64,000 nucleotides of DNA, taken from the NCBI RefSeq assembly GCF_006345805.1, contig NC_043002.1, forward strand, positions 56,792,001 through 56,856,000, read 5' to 3'. A program made the translations under genes and the position numbers. Position 1 is the first letter of the stretch, and each line of letters begins with the position of its first letter. Shown in pieces: positions 23,596 to 34,193 of this stretch. Source of the DNA: Octopus sinensis (taxonomy: Eukaryota). The notes below the pieces were generated by a model that had not been told where the DNA came from, ran no database searches, and saw nothing but the letters and a program-made list of their open reading frames with translations.

Positions 23596-24173
23596 ACTCA
23601 TGCTTTGTCATTACGGAGAGCTGTGGTTGGACGCCGGAAACCTTTTGATGAACTCCTCAAAGATCATCGAGCTGCGAAGGAGGCCATCCAAAGAGAGAAA
23701 GTACATGCCCAATATGTGGCCGCAGCACAGAGGGTGGCTGCACAGACAGCGCCAGCATCAGGGTCGTTGGCTCACTCTGGGAATTGTTCGGGAAATAGTA
23801 ACAGCACACCAAGTACTGCCAATACTATTCCGAGCAATACCAGTGCGAGTGTGAATGCTAGTGGTCTCCAAAGTTTGATTCCCACCCGATCCACTTCTTC
23901 GAACAGTAATAGCACTGGTGGTGTGGGAGGCGGAGGAGGAGGAGGTGGTGGCGGTGGTAGTGGTGGTGGTGGTGGCGGCGGCGGCGGTGGTGGTGGTGGA
24001 GGAGGAGGAGGTGGCGGCGGTGGCAGTGGTGGTGCAGGTGGAGGTGGTGGAGTCGTAGCAGGAGCCAACACCATCACCACACAAACCTCGGGGGCAGCCA
24101 AGCATTCAACTGCAGAAACAACAAATGGTAAAGATGCTGCCGCTTTACAACATGTGAATATTTCTAACAAATG
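23596..24173 (+). CDS. ATXN7: Ataxin-7-like exon, second half of the SCA7 domain plus poly-Gly (3' boundary uncertain: 24127 or 24173)
   Basis: Acceptor TTCTAG. THALSLRRAVVGRRKPFDELLKDH completes C-x10-C-x5-C-x2-H. Both candidate donors follow ACAAATG (GTAAAG at 24128, GTTTGC at 24174). Confidence 0.9.
23917..24051 (+). repeat. Coding (GGN)n repeat: 41 Gly in 45 codons, longest pure run 21
   Basis: Direct codon count. Confidence 0.95.
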
Positions 24174-24747
24174 GTTTGCCTCTGGGATGAAATCATCAAA
24201 AAATTCTAAATCTAATTTATTAACAGAGAGGTTGGTTTTGATAATTTTTTTTGTTTTTTTTTACTTGTTGCTGTTGTATTTGTTGTTGTTATTAAGGCTG
24301 AGCTGGTGGAACCATTAGCATGTCAGACAAAATGTTTGGCAGCATTTCTTCTGGCTTTATATGTTCTCACTTCATGTCCCATTAAGGTCAACTTTGCCTT
24401 TCATCGTCTCAGGGTTGATAAAATAAATACCAGTCAAGTACTGGGATCGATCTATTTCCTTATCACTCCCATCCCCCACTTCATTCACCAATAATATAAA
24501 AACAGGCAAAACTCTATAAACTGACATTTCTGATAAGACTACAGTAGTAGTTGAAAGCACTTGAATATGTAATTAAATATGTGATTTGAAGAAATAATAT
24601 GTGTTATGTAAATAAATATTTATATATATATATATATATAATATATATATATATATTTTATATACAACCATCCAGCATTCTGAATGCCTTTTTCTTTCAT
24701 ATGTATTAAATCTGTACATCACCCCCAATACTTCTAATATATATATA

Positions 24748-24779
<32 letters not shown>

Positions 24780-25344
24780 CATCATCATCATCATCATCAT
24801 CATCATTTAACGTCCGCTTTCCATGCTAGCATGGGTTGGACGGTTCAACTGGGGTCTGGGGAGCCCGAAGGCTGCACCAGGCCAGTCAGATCTGGCAGTG
24901 TTTCTACAGCTGGATGCCCTTCCTAACGCCAACCACTCCAAGAGTGTAGTGGGTGATTTTATGTGCCACCGACACAGGTGCCAGACGAGGCTGGCGAACG
25001 GCCACGTTCGGATGGTGTTTTTATGTGCCACCGACACAGGTGCCAGACGAGGCTGGCGAACGGCCACGCTTGGATGGTGTTTTTATGTGCCACCGACACA
25101 GGTGCCAGACGAGGCTGGCGAACGGCCACGCTCGGATGGTGTTTTTATGTGCCACCGACACAGGTGCCAGACGAGGCTGACGAACGGCCACGATCGGATG
25201 GTGTTTCTTACGTGCCCACAGCACGGAGGCCAGTCGATGCGGTACTGGCTACGGCCACGTTCGGATGGTTTTCTTGTGTGCCACCGGCACTGGTACCACA
25301 AAGATACAAATTCCATTGATGTTCATCTATTTTGATTTGATTTG

Positions 25345-25348
<4 letters not shown>
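24780..25348 (-). mobile_element. RTE 3'UTR-only copy with an expanded 62-bp minisatellite
   Basis: Same 3' end and same (AAATC)n/ATCAATGGAA boundary as the LINE at 61-440. Near-identical 62-bp units start at 24961, 25023, 25085 and 25147, followed by two diverged units. Confidence 0.88.
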
Positions 25349-25386
<38 letters not shown>

Positions 25387-28344
25387 TGCAGGCTTGGCTG
25401 TATGCCAATGAGCTTGCTTACCAATCACATGGTTCTGGGTTCAGTCCCATTGTGTGACACTTTGGGCAATAGTCTTCTACTATAGCCTCAGGTTGACCAA
25501 AGCCTTGTGAATGGATTTGGTCGACGGAAACTGAAAGAAGCCCGCTGTATATGTGTGTGTCTTGATATTTGTGTTTGACAACCGGTGTTGGTGTGCTTGT
25601 ATCCCCATAACTTAGCAGTTTCACAAAAGAGACCGATAGAATAAGTACTTTTTTTTGTTTTTATAAAGTACTGGGATCAATTCATTCAACTAAAAATTCA
25701 AAGTGGTACCCCAGCATGGCCACAGTCTAGTGACTGAAACAAGCAAGAGATAAAAGATAGTTCAACTTAAACAAGTGAATATGTGAAAAACAAAATTTCA
25801 GGGGGGAAAAAGCATCTATAAAACTAGTTTTTAAACATCAAATGGCTTCTGCAGGGGGCACCAGGATAAAATAGCAATCAAAGGGGTCCCTAGATTAAAA
25901 AATGGTTGAGAACAATGTAAGCCTGTTACATTGACCCCAGAGTACAACTGCTACTTATTTTATAGACCCTGAAAGGATGAAATGTAAAGTTGACCTTGGC
26001 AGGAGAACTGGCCCTCGTACTGGTGGCATGTAAAAGGCACCCACTACACACTTGGAGTGGTTGGCATTAGGAAGGGCATCCAACTGTAGAAAGAAAGATT
26101 GCCAGATCAGCTTGGAGCCTTCTGGCTTGCCGGTCCTCAGTAAAACTGTCCAACCCATGCCAGCATGGAAAATGGACATTAAACGATGATGATGAACGTA
26201 AAGTCAGCTGAAATAATGCTAAGCATTTTGCCTGGCATGCTAACAATTCTGCCAGCTACAAGGCCAACAATTTTGTGAAGGGATTAAATTGATCATATTG
26301 ACTGCTGTGTTCAACTGATACTTTTATTATCTGCCCCAAAAGGGATAATGGGCAAAGTTGACCTCAGTGGAATTTGAACTCAGAACATGAAGATGGACAA
26401 CATGCTGCTAAGCATTTCGCCCAGCATGCTAACAGTTCTGCCAGTCCACCTCCTTAGAATGACACAAAATATTGATAGTAGATAAAATACCTGAGCAGTC
26501 TTTCAAGCTTTGAATGACATTCTGAACTGTTTAATAAAGATTATGATTTATTTGACAAGTGGTATGGCAACAAACATAACAGATGGTGTTAGTTGCTGTT
26601 CTTTACAAAACAAATTAAACCAATTCACTTCTAGATACGATGTTATTGTTGTAGTAATGTTATTTGCATGCATTTTGTCTGCTCCCACAGGATTGGTTCT
26701 GTTTCATGTAGCTACTGGTTCAATGTAACAGCTTGGCCCATTAGTTGAATAAAATTTCTGACTAGAAAGGATCACTTGTGACTGATTCTCTTGGCATAAA
26801 CATTAGATGGCACAATAGAAGTTAAATTTTATGATGTCTCCAACCTTGTGTTTAGTATATAGATAAGGTATTTCTTCATGCTAGCAAGTACATTAAGTTT
26901 CAGATCTTTTGTGTTCTTCACACAAAAATTCATACAATATGAAGAAATTTGACAGGCATGGGTATGGTTGTGTAGTAAGAAATTTACTTTCCAACCACAT
27001 GATTCCAGGTTCAGTCCCACTGCATGGCACTTTGGGCAAGTATCTTCTAAACCCTTGGGCTGACCAAAGCCTTGTGAGTGGATTTGGGAAATTAAAAGAA
27101 GCCTATTGTGTGTCTTTATCTCTGTGTTTATGTCTCTCGTAACTTAGCTGTGTGGCAAAAGACACTGACAGAACAAGTACCAGTTATTAAAAAATCATAT
27201 AATAGGTACTGGGGTTGATTTAGTCAACTAATAGTGCTTCGAGGTGGTGCTCCAGCATGGCCACAGTTTATTGATTGAAACAAACGATAAAAGATAGTGA
27301 ACCATTTTGTTACTGTGCTTCTGTTAAAATACGTTTGTTTCAATTAATTTTGAAAAAAATAAACAATTTAGTAAAATAACTTTGTTATTATTAAGGTGGT
27401 GTTTGGAACATAAATGAACATGAGATTTTGGTGGGAATTTTAATTTAGATCACCTAAAAACGAGAAGCAGAGGTAGTCTCAGGTGGATTGGTGCCAAAAG
27501 GGTTAAACATCAGTAGCCTTTTAAATAACACAATATAGTTGTGGCTAAAAGAACCTGGTTGATAAAATGTGTTTGTTGAAGGTTATATGTAATGACTGTA
27601 CTTGCTTGTATATAAGTCACACTGTTTTATACTTGATTTTGACTGAATAATCTGAGCTGCAAATTATACGTGAGACGAAGTTAAAACTAAGAAGGAAAAG
27701 AAATTTTGTACCAACATTTCACCCTTTGGCATTCAGATTACTCTATCAGGTGTAATGCTTATTTATTCACATTGATTTGAATTAATCGTGTGTTATCTTC
27801 ATCATCCTCATCATTTAGCATCTGTAGTCCATGGGTTGGACAGTTTGACCAGGGCTGGCAAATTGTGGGGCTGCACCAGACTCCAGTCTGATTTGGCATG
27901 GTTTCGACAGCTGGATGCCCTTCCTAATGCCAACCATTCCAAGAGTGTAATGGGTGCTTTTACATGCCACTTGTATGGTTGCCAGTTGTGCGACACCAGT
28001 ATCTATCATGACTACAATTTCACTTGTCTTGATGGGTCTTCTACTCAAGCATAGCATAATACCAAAGGTCTCAGTCATTTGTCATTGCCTCTGTAAGGCC
28101 CAGCACTCGAAAGGTGCTTTTTATGTGCCACCGGCATGGAAATTCTAAGTGTGAGAAGCTAGATCTGGTCAGTTTAAACATAAAATGGAATATTTTGGCT
28201 GGAAAGGGCCAGTTTAAATGCTAATGGGTTACAACTAAATTAGGAATGCCCCTTATATTCATGAGTAATTTTTGCTTCATTTCTGATTGTTTTAGGTGTT
28301 TTCACTTCCACTTTCAAAGTGACTATTTGTTTTTCTTTTCTTAG

Positions 28345-28525
28345 CAGTCATCATGTTCATCAAACCACAACTGCTGCTCATATTAAGGAGGAAAATCTCA
28401 GTTCTATTAGCTCCCATACTACAACAGAATGTTGTACTCGATTGTCCAGTGAAGAAGAAGGAGATGAGTCACACAGTAGTAAATCTGGCTTCACTTATTT
28501 GAATCACCATCCACGACCAGTAGCT
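28345..28525 (+). CDS. ATXN7: Ataxin-7-like exon (5' boundary uncertain: 28296, 28345 or 28348)
   Basis: It encodes ...CCTRLSSEEEGDE...NHHPRPVA, like ATXN7 SRLSSEEGEGD...HHPQPA. Donor GCT|GTAAGT. Confidence 0.88.
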
Positions 28526-30251
28526 GTAAGTGAAACTTTTGCTATCAGAACCAAATATTATATTGATAATAATTGGAAACATAGATGTTGATTATGATTG
28601 CCCTTTTGAAATTTTTTCTCTCAAAACTGGTCTTATTTCTGTAAAAATGGGAGATAATTTAATGAAAACAAATAAAGCTGTGAGTGGACAGTAATTTTTT
28701 TTATTTTTTTTATTTAATATATTAATTTAAAAGAATAAATTTTACATGCATAGTCATGACTGGAAGTATTTTGGAACTGAAAGTAAGTTATTTCTGTGTA
28801 AATCTTGAGTTTCAATATGAATTATCAATGGAATAAGAGTAATGTCTATAATTAAATTTTGATGGAATGCTATACTTTGACTTGTTTAGTTGCCAATAAA
28901 CATATGAACAAAATTCTAGCAGTTTTCACTGCTTAACCCTCTCAACATAAGTGGCAGGTTTTTTTAACTACTAATGCACAGTGGTTGAAACTTGAGTGGC
29001 CAATTTTTGGGCCACCATGTGTATATGTTTATAAACTAATTTCTTATTGCCTAGCAACAGAACATTCAACCACAGAGCTTGTTTCATCTGTTTTTTGGCC
29101 TGCATTGTTTGTGGAATACCCCCACCTCCTCACTTCCTGGTATCCCATGATTGTTTTTGTATATTTTTGTCAGTTGACACTAAAAATGATAGATAAATAT
29201 TTTACTATGGATTAGGGAGTTTTCTGATTCTGCGAATTAAAGCAATTTTGAACCAGAAAGCAATGTCAGTGAGTCTGACTAAGATCAGGATGACAGCCAG
29301 TCTGTTGCAGCCATGCATTTGGCTGGTGTTCAGTCCAATACACAATGACGTAGTTGTCATGGCAGAAGTGGTACTGGAACCCCTACTAAGGATGTTTCTC
29401 CCGCTAGGCCCTAGCACAATTATTCCTGAGAACCATTCACCCTGCCAAACAAGGTTTTAAAATGATTTTAGATAATTCACTTTGTACAGAAAGAAACTAC
29501 AAAACAGGCAAACAGGCTGATTGCTCTGTTGCCTGATGGCTATATTGCAAAAGATTTTTCGATGCTAGTGCTGCCTGACTGGCTCCCCATGTCGGTGGCA
29601 CGTAAAAAGCACCATCCAAAAGTGGTCAATGCCAGTGCCACCTGACTGGCTCCGTGTGTTGGTGGTACGTAAAAAGCACCATTGAAATGATGTTGATGCC
29701 AGTGCTGTCTGACTGGCTCCTCATGTTGTTGGCATGTAAAAAGCACCATCCAAACGTGGCCGATGCCAGTGCCGCCTGCTTGGCTCCCATGCCAGTGGCA
29801 TGTAAAAAGCACCCACTACATTCACATTCTCGGAGTGGTTGGAGTTAGGAAGGGCATCCAGCTGTAGAAACCCTACCAAATCAGATTGGAGCCAGGTGCA
29901 GCCTCTTGGCTCTCCTGTCAAGTGTATAACTACTATGGTTAGTGTGGTGGTGGTGGTGGGGCACAAGAAGAATAACTAGGGGCAGGGAATATTTATATGG
30001 GTTTAAGGTACTTCAAATTGGCTTGCTTCCTGTCTTGACAACAAGCACACAACAGAAAGCTATCTTGTTCATGTGTATGCATGAGCCATTAAAAAGTGTA
30101 TATACATACATGTATGTACACACACACACACTACTATATTTATGAGATAATTTTTTTTACAATGCTATTTCTACTTTTATATTTCCATTTTCTTTTGTCT
30201 TCTCATATTCATTATTTCAAAGTATAATAAAAACGATTATTTCCATTGCAG

Positions 30252-30373
30252 ATGTGTACATTTGGAGGTCGGTTTTTGAAAAACGGAGTCTGTTTATTTA
30301 ACAGAAAAAGTGATTTAGTTCAATCTGCTCTCTACAATGTATTGGAACGACTAAATCATCCTCCTCCACATAA
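30252..30373 (+). CDS. ATXN7: Ataxin-7-like exon (phase 0 to 2)
   Basis: TTGCAG|ATG...AA|GTAAGT. It encodes MCTFGGRFLKNGVCLFNRKSDLVQSALYNVLERLNHPPPH, like ATXN7 FCTFGSRQIGRGYYVFD. Not in the ORF track. Confidence 0.92.
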
Positions 30374-30788
30374 GTAAGTTTCATTTCAAGTTGTTTGTCC
30401 CTCGTGTATTTCCTCTGATTTCTTTTTAGATGCCAACATATTATGGCTTCTGCAAATATGGAGCTTTGTTTGTAAAGAAATAATAGATTTCTAAATCTCT
30501 CTGAGAAATTTATGCAGTAGTAACATGATAAAGTGGTGATATGTTGTCAACTTAATGTAACAGTCTCATGAAAGGGAAAAATACTATTGCTATTTAGCCC
30601 TAGGAAGCACCGCTTGCTGTCAGCCTTGACACATTTCCTGTGTCCTTATGTTTACAAAGGGGGAGATAAGCACCTCCACCCAGCAAGACTATCAGACTAT
30701 GTATTTTCAATTTCATCATCATTTAACATCTAATTTTCCATGCTTGCATGGGTCAGACTTTTTGAGGCTGATTTTCTATGGCTGGATG

Positions 30789-31021
30789 CAATAGTTCTCA
30801 ACCCTATGACCTTTGAGAGTTCACAAGATTTTGTTGCTGAAATTTATCTGCAATAAACTGGTCATACTTGTGCAATACACAAAATATATTAATTTTTTTA
30901 TGCAGTTCCTAATAATATTTAATTCTAAAAGTATAATAAGATTTTTTATGACTCTGAGGGTCTAGCCAAGCAAAATAGGAATCAAAGGGCTCCATAGGTA
31001 TAAAGATGGTTGAGATCCACT
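30789..31021. mobile_element. hAT-like MITE (same family as 3636-4207, opposite orientation)
   Basis: Ends ATAGTTCTCAACC / GGTTGAGATCCAC, with a shared body. Confidence 0.6.
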
Positions 31022-32053
31022 TCATTAGAGGATGTCATAATGACCAAATGGCAATTAAGACCAGCCCCATGTGAGAAGGGGAGATAATCTGATGAATTGC
31101 GAAGTTTCCAAAGTTGACATGTCATTAAGGAAAAGACAGACTTGTTGTCTGGAGGTAAGAGGACAGTCATGAACACGTTTAATGCCCTTAACAGTTGTCA
31201 TCAGCTGGACATTTGTCCTAACTTATCTCCAGTAATCAAGGGACATAGACTTTTACAAAATTGGTGGTACACATAGCCTGGATAGACTATCAGCTCATTG
31301 TCAGATACACCCACTTGTGATTTCTTCCTCGTAGCTTTTAAGATCTAATACTTCCCTGTTGTGATGATGAAGAATTATACCTGTATTTATGTGTGTCCTC
31401 TTATCAATATCTATTTGTCAAGCTGTTAAGTTATGAGACATAAAAGAAGTATGATGTCCATTGATTGAAACCAGTGAAAAAAAGACCACCTTAGGAAGAG
31501 ATATCTCTATCAGGTTAATTTGCTCTAGAATTGGTACATAAATGCAAGGTTTTTAAGTGGTGCCCTCTGTGTGTTGTTATGAATCTCATTTATTTTTTTA
31601 ACCATATTTTGTGGCATGGAAGATGCACCTTGATTTTGGAAATTTTAGAGGAACAAAATTTTTATACTTACCAAAGCCCCAACTGCACAATTGATCAGTG
31701 CCCAGTTGGGCTCACACTGAATGCCTGATAACAGACAAAACCAGCATGCTCATGCCAGCCATTGAGCAAAATCACCAAACAATGGCCATCTGTCTGGTAC
31801 CTTGCTGCTCTTCATTTTAACTGTCCTGCAATTCTTAAGTAGCATCATGGAAGATGCATGGTAATTTTCAAAGTAGTGTGTCTGTCTTGTTGACAAATAC
31901 AGCAGCAGTTTACTCTATGCGCAGTGAAAAATGTCTTAATTTACTATATTTATCAATAAATTATTCAATGTTATTTTTGTAACATATCCCAAATTGTAGG
32001 GTTTGCAATAACCCAAGACTAATAATTGTTATTGATAATAAATGATTGTTATA

Positions 32054-32578
32054 TGAGGTCTGATCAAAAAGTATTATGGTAACTGCTAAAGTACGCAGAG
32101 TGAAGCTACTTGGCACAGCTTGAGTTTGAACTCTGTCATGCATGCACACTAAGTTATAATGTTCTCACTCACTTTTGTTGTTTGTAAGCAGTGCTCAGCA
32201 GTAAAGTGTGTAGAGTATGGTCATCTCAAAAAGAAGATAGGGATTCAGCTGTGCAGGATCTCCTTGTGTCAAAAGATGGAAACTCTTTGAAAATGGTCGT
32301 AGCAGGTGATGAATTGTGGGTTTATGGCAATGACCCTTTCCTTTTTCCAAAAATCAATTCCCACTTGATAGGAGCAAGATTTCAAGATGAGGAAATTCAA
32401 GAGAATGCTTCAAGACAACTGCTCACTACCCCCAAAAAGGGGTTCCAGGAATGCTTCCATCAATGAAAACGATGCTGGATATAAAGTGTATAACTTCAGA
32501 TGGGGATAACCAGGTTGATATGGGTTGTAGTTTTCTTTTTATAGCACCAGTCTCCCAATACTTTTTGATCAGGCCTCG
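32054..32578 (+). mobile_element. Internally deleted mariner (Tc1/mariner) element
   Basis: 22-bp TIRs TGAGGTCTGATCAAAAAGTATT / AATACTTTTTGATCAGGCCTCG (20/22), with TA on the left and CA on the right. The residual ORF has VVAGDELWVYGNDP fused to FLFPK...FQECF. Confidence 0.88.
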
Positions 32579-32672
32579 CACAACTGATAGTGTATCCTTG
32601 ATAAAAGTTTGAGTACTGCTCTTGAATTCTTCAGCTTTTATAATGTAATTTAATTTTTGGTTCTATTCACAG

Positions 32673-33639
32673 GAAATTGTGCGTTGAATCCAACTTACCA
32701 AAAGAAACGCAGCTCGTCACAAATTCAAAGGACCCTTATGAATTTAATATGGTTGACCCCATGTCTGGAAGCAGCCACAGTTCGAATAGTGTAATTAATT
32801 CAACAAACAAAGGTGCTGTAAAGCCCAAATCAAAATCCTCTACCAGCAAATCCTCCAAACCTAAAGACAGTGGTACAAAAAGCCCTGGGCTGCTCTCAAC
32901 TGTTGCTGGTGGTAATGTAGCCAAACGGAAACGAAGTGGTGGTGGTGGAGGCGGTGGTGGTGGTGTTGTACAAACCGGCCCAGTTTCAGCTGCTACTTCG
33001 AACCCTAATTGTACGAATTTTTCCAACAATGTAATGAACATGTCAGTTTACAGTCCGAATAACACAGTTGCAGCCTTTGCGTACCCCAATGTTAATTTAA
33101 GCAGTACCACCCTCAGCCACTTCAATGCAACTCTCCCAACAGGGAAACAAAACCCTTCCATCGACCCACAATTGACTAAAATCAAAGAATTTGGATTTGT
33201 GGTTACGGGTTTTGATTCACGGCAAGGTTTGGTTAACGGACAATATATAAATATTGCCTGCATGGCCGATTCGGTCATGACGCAGGTGCCAACACAAGAT
33301 GAACGTTGTAGCGGCAGCAACAGTATCAAACGCAATCACAATGGAAGTGTGAAAAGTTCATGTGCTGGTAACAAAACTTCAAACATGCTGGATTCTTCCT
33401 CCTCCTCCTCTTCTTCTTCTTCTTCCTCCTCCTCTTCTTCATCTTCTCAGTCAGTATCAAGCAACAGCCTTTATGCCACCATGCCACGGAACACTACCAT
33501 GTTTATGGATGCGGGCTCTGTGCTGACCTCCGTATCGTTAGGAGCAGCAGCATCCAATACTGTTGTCTCATTAAGTAACAGCACTCAGTCACCCACTCTA
33601 CCAAGTCCCTCGACGACCCCAAGTCCACATCTCAGATCA
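32673..33639 (+). CDS. ATXN7: Ataxin-7-like large low-complexity exon (phase 2 to 0)
   Basis: TTCACAG|G completes AA-G (Lys). The frame is open through ORF 32677-33669, with KRKR then Gly9 (32938-32964) and Ser18 (33394-33447). Donor TCA|GTAAGT is at 33640, and read-through stops at TAG 33667-33669. Confidence 0.9.
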
Positions 33640-34137
33640 GTAAGTATACAACCACACGTGTCACACTAGAAATAATTCCACATTTGTACCATCTCCACAG
33701 AAATTGTTTAAAAATTACAGAAAGAAAGGAAAAAAAAATGCAACTATACATTGTCATGTGATTGAAAAACCTAGGCACAGTGATAGGTAGATCCACTCTT
33801 TCCATCTCTGTGTTCTACCATAATCCACTAGATATGTAAAAGCCATTCTTTGCCACAAATGGCAGTTTTCTTTGTTATTCTATCTTTTTTTTCCTTTTTT
33901 TTTTTTGTTATTAGCTTTCAACTAAATTTCCTACTCCATGGTTTAGTACGAGAAAATCAATATACCAAGAAATAATGTGTGTGTTCATGTATATTAGTGT
34001 GTGTTTGTGTGTATGTATATACACACACACATGTACGTGTGTGTGTACATACCTTTATGTGTGTATATGTATGTGTGTGTATATATATATATGTTATTTA
34101 TATGTATGCAAATACATATAATATATAGAGATTTTTA

Positions 34138-34193
<56 letters not shown>

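Noticed and set aside
23758-24170. Antisense poly-Pro and poly-Thr/Ser ORFs as separate genes
   Set aside because: They are the automatic consequence of the sense (GGN)n repeat, with no independent evidence.
24961-25290. CRISPR-like array
   Set aside because: Contiguous tandem units with no unique spacers, in a eukaryotic LINE 3'UTR, and no cas genes.
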